Notes under the pieces: generated by a model
Told to the model about the DNA's origin: nothing
What the model saw: the letters and a program-made list of their open reading frames with translations, nothing else
Database searches by the model: none
Position numbers and translations under genes: made by a program
In this document: piece after piece, positions 16,901 to 27,571 of the stretch
Layout of the letters: every line of letters begins with the position of its first letter
Numbering within the stretch: position 1 is the first letter of the stretch
IMG/VR virus record: IMGVR_UViG_3300028888_000047
Location: 224,001 to 288,000 of that record
Direction: 5' to 3' (one strand)
Source of the DNA: a virus
Lineage: Duplodnaviria > Caudoviricetes
DNA length: 64,000 bases

Positions 16901-17767
16901 TTATTTCATCAACTTCCTAGCCTTATCAATCATATCCGAAAACTCTTTATTCTCATTCATTCTTGACTTTGAGTTAGTGGTTGTGAAATAATCCTTACTC
17001 TTATATCCATAAAGAGCCTTGATTCTGTTCATTTCCTCATTAACCTGAGTCTTATTTAATCTCTTTGTAACATTAGGCTGTTTATTTGTCCACTCTACAA
17101 GATACTCATTATCAGCAGTATCTTTCATTATAAATGTTTTTCCTTCTACCTTAAATTCATCAGGAACTTTTGATAACATATGCCCTTCTGAAAGGAATTG
17201 TGTGTGCTTAAACTGTATTTTACTAATTTTCTTTGATTCAAACATAGTATCGCTATTTTTTTCTGTTTCATCTTTATATTTGCTGCTAACCAAGCCATCG
17301 GTCTTACTCTTATCACTTTCCTTCTTGGCTTCTTTAGCATGGTCGGCAATATCTTTACTTAGATTGTTTGAATCATAGTAAGCATTACCAAATTCCTTAT
17401 CATCCTTGTGGAGTTTTTCATTTTCTGCTGAAGGATAGCCTTTAATCTGTGCCTTAACCCTATCTTTAAATGGTTTTGATATTGAATCATAATCGAGGTC
17501 AGACATACCCCTGTTATTAGCAGGCGTTACGCTTTCTCCCTTTTTACGTTCAGAACCAAGACCACCGTCATATTTTTCAGTTTCTTTGGTAATGTCCTTA
17601 TATGCATCAGAATTTATTTTCTTATTATCCTGTGGTACATTCTTACCAAATACAGGCTCAAATTCATTCTTAGCCTCAAGTACACTTTTCTTGGAAACTG
17701 ATTTACTTCTCTCAAGATTCTCCCTGAGTCTTGCCTTTAAATCACCTAATTTGTACTTTCTTTCCAT
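16901..17767 (-). CDS. Hypothetical protein, probably virion-associated
   Basis: Charged protein; TATTTAT upstream. Confidence 0.7.
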   Translation of the reverse strand: MERKYKLGDLKARLRENLERSKSVSKKSVLEAKNEFEPVFGKNVPQDNKKINSDAYKDITKETEKYDGGLGSERKKGESVTPANNRGMSDLDYDSISKPFKDRVKAQIKGYPSAENEKLHKDDKEFGNAYYDSNNLSKDIADHAKEAKKESDKSKTDGLVSSKYKDETEKNSDTMFESKKISKIQFKHTQFLSEGHMLSKVPDEFKVEGKTFIMKDTADNEYLVEWTNKQPNVTKRLNKTQVNEEMNRIKALYGYKSKDYFTTTNSKSRMNENKEFSDMIDKARKLMK

Positions 17768-17787
17768 GTTTTTATTTATTTTATATA

Positions 17788-17961
17788 TTATAAATAGTCT
17801 TGAACTTGCGTTAAATACAATCCACGCAACATTTGTTCAAACATTAATTGCGTTCTCTTGTTTTTATCAGTCTCTGTTTTTAATTTTTCATCTATTTCTT
17901 TAACGGCATTTATTACTTTTTTATCATCAAATAAACCGTTTTCTCCATAATAATCAATCAT
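17788..17961 (-). CDS. Hypothetical protein, 57 aa (not in ORF track)
   Basis: TAATG-coupled; MIDYYGENGLFDDKKVINAV. Confidence 0.65.
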   Translation of the reverse strand: MIDYYGENGLFDDKKVINAVKEIDEKLKTETDKNKRTQLMFEQMLRGLYLTQVQDYL

Positions 17962-18593
17962 TATTTTCTGTTTTTTGGAATTGATATTGAACCACCTTTA
18001 CCATCCTTACGATTCATAGCAGGAGTCATATCAACATTACTTGATTGCTTTGTTACATCACCACCTGCGCTTTTATCCTTTGGTTGATATATCTTTCTTC
18101 TCTGTACCTTTCCAAACGGAACCGTATACTGCCCACTTTCAGGATTGGTTCCCAATGGTGCATTTCCACTACCTGTTTGCATTGCTCCAGCACAGTTTGT
18201 TGCGCCACCATCTTCTTTAATAACACTTTCTCCCACTTTCATTTTCATGGCTTCACTTTTCTTAACCAAAAAATAATATCCAGCTCCATAATCTTTATAC
18301 ATTTCTGAGCCAACTTCAGGAATTTCCATTATAAATTGTCTATAATGAGGCATTTGATTTTCTTCGAATTCACCATCTGCTGCAACATCCTTAAACCATT
18401 CAGCAGCAGCTTCCTCTTCAGATAAACCATATTCTTCAGCAATTTCTTGTGCTTTATAATCTTCAATTATCCCATTGTAAATCAAAGCAATAGAATCATC
18501 TGGTTCACCATGATACTCTTTCAATATTTTTTTTACAGATTCTTTGATAACTCTATGTAAATCTGATTCTGTAAGTTTAATTATCTGTTTCAT
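17961..18593 (-). CDS. Leader-bearing hypothetical protein
   Basis: MKQIIKLTESDLHRVIKESVKKILKE. Confidence 0.75.
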   Translation of the reverse strand: MKQIIKLTESDLHRVIKESVKKILKEYHGEPDDSIALIYNGIIEDYKAQEIAEEYGLSEEEAAAEWFKDVAADGEFEENQMPHYRQFIMEIPEVGSEMYKDYGAGYYFLVKKSEAMKMKVGESVIKEDGGATNCAGAMQTGSGNAPLGTNPESGQYTVPFGKVQRRKIYQPKDKSAGGDVTKQSSNVDMTPAMNRKDGKGGSISIPKNRK

Positions 18594-18596
18594 ATA

Positions 18597-18893
18597 TTAT
18601 TTTTTCATTAATGTGTGTAATTTTCCATCAGGATATTTAATTATTGCATCTACAAACAAATCAGTATTTTTGTTAGTATAATATCCTTCTAGATAGCGTT
18701 TATCAGGATATACATCGCCTTTAATTATCTCAATCCCCCTATCAAGTATTTCTTTCCCTAAAACAGGAGTAAATGCTTTTTCAAGAGCACTTAAAGACCT
18801 GTCACTAATAAATGATTCTTTTATTATTTTTTTTACTGATTCATTAACTATTTTACGCAAATCTTGCTCTGTTATTCTTATTATTTGCTTCAT
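18597..18893 (-). CDS. Leader-bearing hypothetical protein
   Basis: MKQIIRITEQDLRKIVNESVKKIIKES. Confidence 0.75.
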   Translation of the reverse strand: MKQIIRITEQDLRKIVNESVKKIIKESFISDRSLSALEKAFTPVLGKEILDRGIEIIKGDVYPDKRYLEGYYTNKNTDLFVDAIIKYPDGKLHTLMKK

Positions 18894-19714
18894 AATGAGT
18901 TCACTATATTATATATGTTTTTATCTTGGTTAAATGCCCAAATATACATTTTTATTTCAGTTACGGGAATCCATTTGAATGGTTCATTTTCACCATCACC
19001 AATTCCAGGTTTATAATTATCTGTTGTTCCATTTAAAACCGTCATAAAATTCTTACCAAGATTAACCCCATAACGGCTTGTATATTCTTCATCGCCAATA
19101 TCCTTTAATATAGATTGGCCTATATTTATTCCACTTTCCTCTCGTACTTCTCTAACAGCAGCATCCTCTACTGATTCATCAAAAATTTTATCGCCTACTT
19201 GCCCTGTAGGAACATTATATAAGCCACCATTATTATTTCCTCTTCTTTTACCTGCAAGAACACATAAATCTCCATTTTTATCTTTGCAAAAAATATATAC
19301 TGCTACAGAATCATATTTTTGAGGCTTTACATCATCGAAAAGTGATTCATTTATTTTTTTACCTTTTCCATTTTCAAAAAAATATGAATAAAGTCTTTTA
19401 ATCTTTTGTTCAAAATTCTTTCTTGGAACTCTATATTGTAAATGATGCATTGATTTCATATTTCCATCAGCATCATTTGGTTCGTCTATATTCTCTTTCT
19501 TGGAAACAATATCTCTGTCAAGCATTTTATTTAAAAGAATGCTTTTGCTAATACCATGTGCTTTAAAAAAGCCACTTGGCTTTGCCCCAATTGGGTCATC
19601 TAACAAATCTTTTATAAAATTCTTAACTTCAGTGAAAAACTTATAAAAAGTAACCTCTTCTTCCTCACTCTCTTTTATAAGAATGAGTTTACTTTCATCC
19701 AAATATATTTTCAT
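18890..19714 (-). CDS. Nudix hydrolase with N-terminal extension
   Basis: Nudix box GQVGDKIFDESVEDAAVREVREESG. Confidence 0.85.
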   Translation of the reverse strand: MKIYLDESKLILIKESEEEEVTFYKFFTEVKNFIKDLLDDPIGAKPSGFFKAHGISKSILLNKMLDRDIVSKKENIDEPNDADGNMKSMHHLQYRVPRKNFEQKIKRLYSYFFENGKGKKINESLFDDVKPQKYDSVAVYIFCKDKNGDLCVLAGKRRGNNNGGLYNVPTGQVGDKIFDESVEDAAVREVREESGINIGQSILKDIGDEEYTSRYGVNLGKNFMTVLNGTTDNYKPGIGDGENEPFKWIPVTEIKMYIWAFNQDKNIYNIVNSL

Positions 19715-19936
19715 TTATACTCTTGATACTGTTGATTTCCAAAAATTATTTCTCTGCCATAATATCTTAAACAATTCACTTACAACCTCAGAACTTAACT
19801 CCTTAACCTTCTGCTTAAATTCACGAGAAGATAATGTAGAGTTTAACTTGGTGCTAATCATAGAATTAACATCAGACTTGCTAAGTTCCTCACTTATTAT
19901 TTGTTGTAATTTCTTCTCGTTTTCGTTCATACACAA
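19715..19936 (-). CDS. Hypothetical protein
   Basis: KLQQIISEEL; TATTTAT upstream. Confidence 0.7.
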   Translation of the reverse strand: MCMNENEKKLQQIISEELSKSDVNSMISTKLNSTLSSREFKQKVKELSSEVVSELFKILWQRNNFWKSTVSRV

Positions 19937-19992
19937 TTTTTTATATAAATATCTACATAAAAGAAAAAAGCCCTTTAGGCAAAGGGCTTTTG

Positions 19993-20568
19993 TTATTTAT
20001 TCTTTTCTGCTGCTTTTTTAAGCTTTTCCAAAAGGTCTCCATCTTGTATAAGTCCTTGCTTCCAATTGAGAAAGCTATCAAGTATTTTACCTATATTTCT
20101 TGAATTTTCATCAGTTAATTGTAATCCATCACAGAATATATAAGCGCCCCGGCCAGAGGGGTCGTTGTATCTGAACTGAAATGTTGTATTCATTGAAGGT
20201 ATTTCTCCATTAAACACAAGGTCATCAGCATCTGGATAATAAAGAAGCGATTCATCATTAAATTTAACTTGTTCTCCTATAGTTTTAAGAATTGCTTCTT
20301 CTTGCGAAACTCTAACATCACCAAATTGTGGTGTACTCTTGGTTATAGGAAAAGAGTTTCCATGTTTATCATCATTAAACCCTTTTTCTTCAGTTAAGTT
20401 TTTTTTTTGATTTTCAGCTTCTTCCATTAATATTTTTGAACGTGTCAAAAAATTGTCTTTTTCTATCGTTGCTTCTTCTACAATAAGTGGATTAACTGTT
20501 TGTTTTTTTGTTTTTTCAACATTTTCTCTTATTGTTTTAAGCATTTTTTTTGTAAAATCTGTTGCCAT
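19993..20568 (-). CDS. Hypothetical protein
   Basis: Likely start MATDFTKKML. Confidence 0.7.
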   Translation of the reverse strand: MATDFTKKMLKTIRENVEKTKKQTVNPLIVEEATIEKDNFLTRSKILMEEAENQKKNLTEEKGFNDDKHGNSFPITKSTPQFGDVRVSQEEAILKTIGEQVKFNDESLLYYPDADDLVFNGEIPSMNTTFQFRYNDPSGRGAYIFCDGLQLTDENSRNIGKILDSFLNWKQGLIQDGDLLEKLKKAAEKNK

Positions 20569-20570
20569 AT

Positions 20571-20969
20571 TTAAAAATCTATTGCTTGTCCATTCCAAAG
20601 ATAACCAAAGCTTTGGTTAAACTTATTAATTATTTTTTTAACTCCACTTTCTTTTTTATCAACAACTTCTTCCTTTGGAGCAATTACTGCCGGGTCACCA
20701 TTAACAACTTCAACTTTCTTTTTATTTGTGACAACCACTTCATCATCATCTTTTAACTGATTGAAAACACTTTTAACTTCTTCTTCCGTTGCGTTTGTTA
20801 AGTCATATTCACCCTTTTCATCTTTAAATTTTTCAATATCAACTTCTTCAACTACTGTTTGTTCTTTAACTTCTTCTACTAATTTTGGAAGTTGAGTCTC
20901 TGTGACCTTAGTAACTTTCTTGTTTGAGTTATTTTTCTTAGTTACTTTCTTTTTCTTATCTCCTGCCAT
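20571..20969 (-). CDS. Hypothetical charged protein
   Basis: ORF in operon. Confidence 0.7.
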   Translation of the reverse strand: MAGDKKKKVTKKNNSNKKVTKVTETQLPKLVEEVKEQTVVEEVDIEKFKDEKGEYDLTNATEEEVKSVFNQLKDDDEVVVTNKKKVEVVNGDPAVIAPKEEVVDKKESGVKKIINKFNQSFGYLWNGQAIDF

Positions 20970-20998
20970 TGTAACAACTTTTTATTCTAATATAAATA

Positions 20999-21724
20999 TT
21001 ATTTAAATATAAAATCTGCTCCTTCCATTAATAAAATATCACTTCTAAGTTTTGATAATGACACTTTTTTAATTTGTCTGACCCTTTCTTTGGTTATTCC
21101 AAGCATCTTTCCAATTTCTTCAAGATTTTTTTCTTTTTCGTTTATGCCATAATACTGTTCAATAATAAATCTTTCTCTCCAAGAAAGATTTGATAATAAT
21201 TCGTCAACAATCTTTTTTTGATTCTTATGCAATTCTCTTTTAGTTTCATCTTCTTCATTTGATAAAACCGTTTCTCTTTTTGTGACATAATCATCTTCGT
21301 CATCTACATTAAACGAATCTGTAATTACTGGTGAATTTAAATAGTCATCTTCCTTTTCAATATTAAGTGTTGTCTGTCTTTTCTTAATGAACTCTTGCAT
21401 CGCATTCCTAATCCACCACACAGCATAAGATATGAATTTTACATCTTTTTCCGGATTGAATTTCTGAATTGCTTTTACCAATCCCATATTTCCTTCAGAT
21501 ATTAAATCAGATATTGCTGCGCCATTTCCTTTATATCTGCTTGCAACGTTAAATACAAACCTTAAATTAGCTGTTAATATCTCATTTTGAGCATTTAAAT
21601 CTCCATTCTTAGCTTTTAGAATTAATTCCTTTTCTTTTGCCCTTGTAATTGGTTTATATTTTTTTAATTCATCGTAATAAGTCTTTACGGTGGTGCTAAA
21701 ATCATTAACATATTGATTTGCCAT
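20999..21724 (-). CDS. Sigma-70 family RNA polymerase sigma factor
   Basis: ANLRFV, DLISEGNMGL, KFISYAVWWIR, LEEIGKMLGITKERVRQI. Confidence 0.95.
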   Translation of the reverse strand: MANQYVNDFSTTVKTYYDELKKYKPITRAKEKELILKAKNGDLNAQNEILTANLRFVFNVASRYKGNGAAISDLISEGNMGLVKAIQKFNPEKDVKFISYAVWWIRNAMQEFIKKRQTTLNIEKEDDYLNSPVITDSFNVDDEDDYVTKRETVLSNEEDETKRELHKNQKKIVDELLSNLSWRERFIIEQYYGINEKEKNLEEIGKMLGITKERVRQIKKVSLSKLRSDILLMEGADFIFK

Positions 21725-21748
21725 TAAAATTAAACATTTTCCTAAACA

Positions 21749-22216
21749 TTATTTTTCAAATAAACCTGAAGACACCCACTCTTTTGAAAACCATACATTG
21801 TTTGGTATCTCATTGTTAAATTCATTAGTTGCTTCTTTAAACATTTCTATCATTTCTTTTCCGGTATATCCACATATTGTTGCTTCGTATGGCATATTTC
21901 TATATGCTACTTTAAAATTTTTTTCTTTATTTTCTAAAGCACATTTATACATGTTTTTAATATATCCTATTATTTCATTTTTTGGCATCCCTCTTTTAAT
22001 TGGTGGTAAGCGGTAATCTTCAAAGTTAAGATTTGTTGTTGGTAAACCATATGATGAACCTTGCAAGCCTTCTCCTTGGCCTTTTTTAGCCCCAAAAAAT
22101 ATTAATGCCACCTTTGCCGAGCCTGCTCCATGTATTCCTTGCGGATTAGAGCCGAAAACAAATATAGTGTCTTTTTCTGGTATTATATTACCAATGTAAT
22201 ACTTTGGATTTTTCAT
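21749..22216 (-). CDS. Phage protein of the FVFGSN..G.HG.G family (macro-like)
   Basis: IFVFGSNPQGIHGAGSA..GQGEGLQGSSYGLPT. Confidence 0.75.
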   Translation of the reverse strand: MKNPKYYIGNIIPEKDTIFVFGSNPQGIHGAGSAKVALIFFGAKKGQGEGLQGSSYGLPTTNLNFEDYRLPPIKRGMPKNEIIGYIKNMYKCALENKEKNFKVAYRNMPYEATICGYTGKEMIEMFKEATNEFNNEIPNNVWFSKEWVSSGLFEK

Positions 22217-22222
22217 AATATA

Positions 22223-24607
22223 TTAAACATTATTTTTAATAAGAGAAATTTTACTTATATTATCTACCTTTTCAACAATAACATTGCTTGTTGCCCAACT
22301 CTTGATTTGGTCCAAATGTGAAATCATAAATACGTAATCATGATTATTAAGTATTTTATTTATAAGATTATGAATGTTTTCAAGGTTTTCTTCTGCAACA
22401 CGCCCTGTTATTTCATCTAATAATATGCCATTCGCTTCCGGTATTGTAGATAACTCAGCAAGAACCGTTCTAAGTGCCAATGATGCTGCTGTTTTTTCAA
22501 ATCCACTTCCACTTGTTAAATCAGACTTTATGCCATCTTTAACTAAATAGAACATAACATCATTTTTTATGTTTATTCCAACTTCAACATCAAAATCACA
22601 AACATCACTTAATAATTGAGATAATTTAGCATTGATTATTGGCAATGTTTTTCTGAATACCATCTTAGAAATACCATTTTTACCAACCATTTCAAGATAA
22701 ATCTTCCAATTCTTAATTAATTTTTCTTCCTCAGATATTTTTGAAATAATTTCATCACGGTCATTAATTTCTTTCCTAAAATTCTCTATCTCATTACCTT
22801 TTGATAATATTTCCCTTAGATTTACTTCTTTTTGATTTCTTTTATTCTTAATATGTACTTCAGTATTATTAATTTCAATTGAAAGCTTGTTATTATTATC
22901 AATTGCTTCGCTGTTCTTATTATAGTCTTTCAAAACATTTTTTGAATCTTTAAGTTCTTCTCTTAACCTTGACATATTTAATTCAAGAGCCGCTTTCGTC
23001 ATTGACAATTTTGCTTTCTCGTTATATAAATCCCTGTTTGCTTTCATGGATTCAATATTCTTTTCAACTTTTGAAATGTTCTCTGAAATACTTTTTCCTT
23101 CTTTTACAATTTTTATTAATTCTTTTTCAGCTTCTTTTATTTGTTCTGTGTTGTCAACATTATCAAGTTTTCTTTTGCAAACCGGACAATATTCACTTGT
23201 TTTCAAATGTTCAAGATTATGTTTAATGTTTTTATGTTTTTCCAATAAACTTCCTCTTTTTTCTTTTAAAGAAGATAATTCCTGAACTGTATTGTCATAT
23301 TTTTCAACTGAAAAATCTATTTCTCCTATTTCATTTATTCTATTATCTATTGTCTCAACTTCATTCTTTTTCTTTAACCCTTCAGTTGTTAATCTTTCAA
23401 TTTTTGCATTTAACGTTGTAATATCTATTTTAAGTAATGATTCGTCAACGGTTTGTTTTGCCTGCATTAACGCATTTTTATTTTTCTCAAGTGTTTCAAT
23501 TTCCTTATCAATTTTTGAATTTACTTCTGTGAGTTCTCTTATGATTTTATCATTACTTTTTATTTTAACTTCAAATGCTATTTTTTCTTGTTTTAAAGTT
23601 TCACTGTTGTATCTATTAGACAGTAAATAAGGCTTTATTTCTCCATTAAATTTCTCCCTTGCATAAAGGTCTTTTTCTTCGATTGGCAGTAATCCAATCC
23701 AACGTGAAAGTATTCTACCCCTTTCGGTATCTTTCATATCAATTAACGCATCAAGGTTTGACTCTGTTATTGACATTACGAGGTCAAAATCACTTTCCTT
23801 ACCAATAGCTTCTTTAATGACCTTATTGGTTTTTATTGAATTTTCTTCCTGTTGGTTATCTATATATTCTTCAAGTTCCTCTTTATTTCCACCAACAATC
23901 TTATAATATTCAACCTTTTGAGTTACTTTGCTCTTTTCAGTTCTTTTATCTAATGATGGCCTTGAAAGTGTTCTTTTAATTATGTAATCCTCTCCATCAA
24001 TGTTTATACATCCTTCTACAACCACGTTTGTCGCTTCAGGAATATGTTTGTTAAATATTTTACTTTGAACTTCAGCCTTATCTGTTTTACCGAACAGTAG
24101 AAAGTGCAACAAATCAATAGCAAATGTTGTTTTGCCTGATTGATTTGAAGGCTTACCACTTAGCAAAACAATTCCATTAAGGTTTGTGAAATCAAAATAG
24201 TTGTCGGCTCCATAAGAGAGAAAATTATCCCATCGTACCCACTTGATAGAATATCTCCTATACTTGTCGTAAACTTGATAATCAATTTTTCCATTTATTT
24301 CAGAATCTATTTTTTTGATTAATTCAAAATCATACCCATCAATGTTGTTTAAGTTCAAATAATCTTTAAACAATTTTATTTGAAAATTTGGGTCTTGAAT
24401 GTTTTGAATAATATCCTTATTTATTGAAATCTCTGAACCATTTTCATCTACAGTTAAAAAATCCGGTATAACTCTAATATGTTCCTTTGGAATTGAGTAT
24501 TTTTTACTTGCCTTTGAAATGATATTATTTACCTTTTCCTTTGAATAATCATATGGAGATACCTTCCAATGAAAAGTTATTTTTGATGTATCTTTTATAT
24601 CAATCAT
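22223..24607 (-). CDS. sbcC: SbcC/Rad50/gp46-like ATPase
   Basis: Walker A NQSGKTT, zinc hook CPVC, signature SGSGFE, LLDE, MISH. Confidence 0.92.
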   Translation of the reverse strand: MIDIKDTSKITFHWKVSPYDYSKEKVNNIISKASKKYSIPKEHIRVIPDFLTVDENGSEISINKDIIQNIQDPNFQIKLFKDYLNLNNIDGYDFELIKKIDSEINGKIDYQVYDKYRRYSIKWVRWDNFLSYGADNYFDFTNLNGIVLLSGKPSNQSGKTTFAIDLLHFLLFGKTDKAEVQSKIFNKHIPEATNVVVEGCINIDGEDYIIKRTLSRPSLDKRTEKSKVTQKVEYYKIVGGNKEELEEYIDNQQEENSIKTNKVIKEAIGKESDFDLVMSITESNLDALIDMKDTERGRILSRWIGLLPIEEKDLYAREKFNGEIKPYLLSNRYNSETLKQEKIAFEVKIKSNDKIIRELTEVNSKIDKEIETLEKNKNALMQAKQTVDESLLKIDITTLNAKIERLTTEGLKKKNEVETIDNRINEIGEIDFSVEKYDNTVQELSSLKEKRGSLLEKHKNIKHNLEHLKTSEYCPVCKRKLDNVDNTEQIKEAEKELIKIVKEGKSISENISKVEKNIESMKANRDLYNEKAKLSMTKAALELNMSRLREELKDSKNVLKDYNKNSEAIDNNNKLSIEINNTEVHIKNKRNQKEVNLREILSKGNEIENFRKEINDRDEIISKISEEEKLIKNWKIYLEMVGKNGISKMVFRKTLPIINAKLSQLLSDVCDFDVEVGINIKNDVMFYLVKDGIKSDLTSGSGFEKTAASLALRTVLAELSTIPEANGILLDEITGRVAEENLENIHNLINKILNNHDYVFMISHLDQIKSWATSNVIVEKVDNISKISLIKNNV

Positions 24608-24608
24608 T

Positions 24609-24959
24609 TTATTTTTTTATTATAGTGATTTTCTTTTTTGGCTTTATAGGTTCAACTTTTTCTTCCTTCTGTATGACGCTTTCTTCGTTAGTTGATTGTT
24701 GTTTTTTTGGCCTGCCCCTTCTTTTTGTTTCCTTTCTTTCCAATCCTTCAACGTTACTTTTTTCTTCTGTATCATATACTTCTATGTTTAATGGTTTATT
24801 TTCTTTATTAAAATTATCTTGCGGGGAAATGCCATATTTTACAATATTAAAGCCATTCCTCAAACAAATTGTTAAAAATCCATTGATGTCTTCAATTTTA
24901 TTTAATCTAACAAAACTCATTATGTCATTATCTAATGACCTTGGGATTTCTATGTACAT
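24609..24959 (-). CDS. Hypothetical protein with AT-hook-like RRGRPKK
   Basis: First gene after promoter. Confidence 0.7.
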   Translation of the reverse strand: MYIEIPRSLDNDIMSFVRLNKIEDINGFLTICLRNGFNIVKYGISPQDNFNKENKPLNIEVYDTEEKSNVEGLERKETKRRGRPKKQQSTNEESVIQKEEKVEPIKPKKKITIIKK

Positions 24960-25104
24960 ACTTTTTTAATTTAAAACAAATATACAAAAAATATTTTTAA
25001 AAAAATAATTTTTCTTTATTTTTATTTTAAAATTATTATATTTTTTATAAATCCGGCATATTTTCCGGATTATATATAATATATTAATTAATATTTAAAA
25101 TATA

Positions 25105-25878
25105 ATGATAGATAATAAACCTGTATATATGGCACTTGATGTGTCAACAAAAACAATTGGTGTTGCTGTGCTGCTTGATGATGGGTCAGATTACGGAAAA
25201 ATAATAGAACTTACCCATATAAGCCCAAAAGTTTCATCAAAAATAAAAGGGATTGAACAATTATTTTTAAAGAAAAAAATTTTTGAAGAATACATTTCAA
25301 AATTCAAAGATTTCAACATTGATAAAGTTATAATTGAAGAGCCTTTGATGAAAAGCAACAATATTTCAACTTGTAGTGTACTTTTACGATTCAATGGAAT
25401 GGTTTCGGATTGCATTTATAATACTTTAGGTGTAGTACCTGAATATATTTCAAGTTATGACGCAAGGAAATATGCTTTTCCTGAACTAATGGCAATTAGG
25501 AAATATGGAAAAGATGGAAACCAATATGAATACAAAAAAATAATGAACGAAATAACAAATAACAAATTCGTTCTATTCGGAAGTTATAGTTGGGAAGTTG
25601 ATAAAAAAACTGTTTTACATGACAAGGTTTCAAAGTTATTTCCCGAAATTCAATGGGTTTATGATAAAAGCGGAGAATTGAAAAAAGAAAACTTTGACGC
25701 ATCTGATGCTTATGTTGCAATACGTGGATGGTTAAACCTCCAAAAATATGGAGAACTTGATATGAAATCTGAAAATATTATGTCAACAGCTTCAACAGAC
25801 CCGGAAGTTTCAACAAAAATAGAATATGACATAACATATTGGGACAAAAAAGAACACAGAATTACTTATATTGATTAA
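25105..25878 (+). CDS. RuvC-like Holliday junction resolvase
   Basis: MALDVSTKTIG, VIIEEP, FDASDAY. Confidence 0.8.
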   Translation: MIDNKPVYMALDVSTKTIGVAVLLDDGSDYGKIIELTHISPKVSSKIKGIEQLFLKKKIFEEYISKFKDFNIDKVIIEEPLMKSNNISTCSVLLRFNGMVSDCIYNTLGVVPEYISSYDARKYAFPELMAIRKYGKDGNQYEYKKIMNEITNNKFVLFGSYSWEVDKKTVLHDKVSKLFPEIQWVYDKSGELKKENFDASDAYVAIRGWLNLQKYGELDMKSENIMSTASTDPEVSTKIEYDITYWDKKEHRITYID

Positions 25879-25883
25879 TACTT

Positions 25884-25919
25884 AAAAAAAAGCGAGACTC
25901 TTTTTGAATCTCGCTTTTT
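25884..25919. terminator. Bidirectional intrinsic terminator
   Basis: A7-GCGAGA..TCTCGC-T-tract between convergent genes. Confidence 0.75.
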
Positions 25920-25922
25920 ATA

Positions 25923-26897
25923 TTATTGGTTTCCTATACCTTGTATGTCCCTTTGCCCTCTATTTTGTGCATATGCTTGATTTATCTGAGACCTAGTAGG
26001 ACCTTCCCACTCTTTCCAATGTTGATTATATGTACGTTGGGCTTTAACATTGTTAGGGTCTTGCTTTAATCTGTTACTTGTTTTCAAATCGTTTCTTAAG
26101 GCTTGTAAATGCCTTTGGTTTTCTGTTGGGGCAATATTATGTTTTGTATAATAACCACCTGGTGTACCCCATCTTCCTCTTTGTTCTTCTCTATCATTGA
26201 ATTTTTTTTGCATTCCAATTGCTTTTTCCTTATTAATAATCGGAACAGATGTACCATCTTTAAAATTAACGGCGTTATCGGCGATTCCGGTAACTTTATC
26301 CATTTTACTAGCCTCATCACCAATCATATCATCAGTTAAATCTGCAATTGGAAAGTTATCACCTCCATAAAAACCATATCCTCCTTTTTTTATACCTCCA
26401 TGTTGCCTAGCCATAGTATCTAACTTAGGAGATTTAAAAGCTTCATTTATTTTTTTTTTAAAAATTCTCATCACAGATTCTCTTATAATTTGATGCAACT
26501 GTGATTCATTTACCTTATATTGTTTTGATTCTGCTGCAATATTATTAACTGGCTGTTCGTTGAAATCATCAAATTCATGTTCATCATATGATGGTCTACC
26601 ATATATATTCATCCCTTGAGCCATTTCAGCATCACTATATTCTTCTAAATTTTCTTCGCTCTGTTGAATTGGTTTTCTCTCAAAACCATTTTGAAATTCC
26701 TTACGTTGTGAATCATTCCATCTATCACGATTCATTATCTTCTGGGCTGCATTCCAAGGACCAATTTTACCTTGTTCCAAACCTCTAGCTGCACCCAAGC
26801 CTGCCATATGGGGGTCATATTCTTTAAGAATGCTTTGAACTGCTTCTCTTAAAGCATCCTTTAATTCTGATTCTGTCAATTTAATCTGTTGTTTCAT
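25923..26897 (-). CDS. Leader-bearing hypothetical protein (two leader copies)
   Basis: MKQQIKLTESELKDALREAV and internal YKVNESQLHQIIRESV. Confidence 0.75.
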   Translation of the reverse strand: MKQQIKLTESELKDALREAVQSILKEYDPHMAGLGAARGLEQGKIGPWNAAQKIMNRDRWNDSQRKEFQNGFERKPIQQSEENLEEYSDAEMAQGMNIYGRPSYDEHEFDDFNEQPVNNIAAESKQYKVNESQLHQIIRESVMRIFKKKINEAFKSPKLDTMARQHGGIKKGGYGFYGGDNFPIADLTDDMIGDEASKMDKVTGIADNAVNFKDGTSVPIINKEKAIGMQKKFNDREEQRGRWGTPGGYYTKHNIAPTENQRHLQALRNDLKTSNRLKQDPNNVKAQRTYNQHWKEWEGPTRSQINQAYAQNRGQRDIQGIGNQ

Positions 26898-26899
26898 AC

Positions 26900-27565
26900 T
26901 TATCTTCTAAATTTACCAGTATTATATGAAAATGCATCCCTACCTCTATCAAGAAGGTCTTGCATCTTTTTAATTTGTTTCTTTATCTCATCAATCCCCA
27001 TAAACGCATGATACATAATTGTTGATAATCCTACTCTCTTACCATCTTCAGAACCCGATAATGCATCAGTACCATCAAAATAGTTTTTAATATTTGATTT
27101 ATCAACCAATGTATTTAATGTCATCAATTGCTCCAAAATAGCATCAAGATTCCAAACAATCTGCTGCATTAATGGTCTTCCTGTTAATTTATTTTCACCA
27201 TAAATTAAATCAATGATTTTTCTATCTGCTTTGCTTATATTGTTAACTGCTGCTCTAATACTATCATCCTTTAATATATGATTAACAATATCTTTTGTGA
27301 GTCTACCACCATGCTTTACTGCTCCTTCTGGAGAAAAATATAAAACAAGTTGTCTAATAGCTTTATATGGGCTATTAACAGACACTCTATTGCCAAATGG
27401 TATCATAGCTTGTATGAAGTAGTTTATGCTTCTTGTATCTATACTATCAATACCATCAAGGAAATTCTTGTCATAAGCTATTTTAGCCTCATCAAACATT
27501 TCGTTAATAACACTATGAACTATGCTACTAATTCTTTCTTCTGATAAATTAATCTTCTTTACCAT
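26900..27565 (-). CDS. Leader-bearing hypothetical protein
   Basis: MVKKINLSEERISSIVHSVINE. Confidence 0.75.
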   Translation of the reverse strand: MVKKINLSEERISSIVHSVINEMFDEAKIAYDKNFLDGIDSIDTRSINYFIQAMIPFGNRVSVNSPYKAIRQLVLYFSPEGAVKHGGRLTKDIVNHILKDDSIRAAVNNISKADRKIIDLIYGENKLTGRPLMQQIVWNLDAILEQLMTLNTLVDKSNIKNYFDGTDALSGSEDGKRVGLSTIMYHAFMGIDEIKKQIKKMQDLLDRGRDAFSYNTGKFRR

Positions 27566-27571
27566 AATAAA

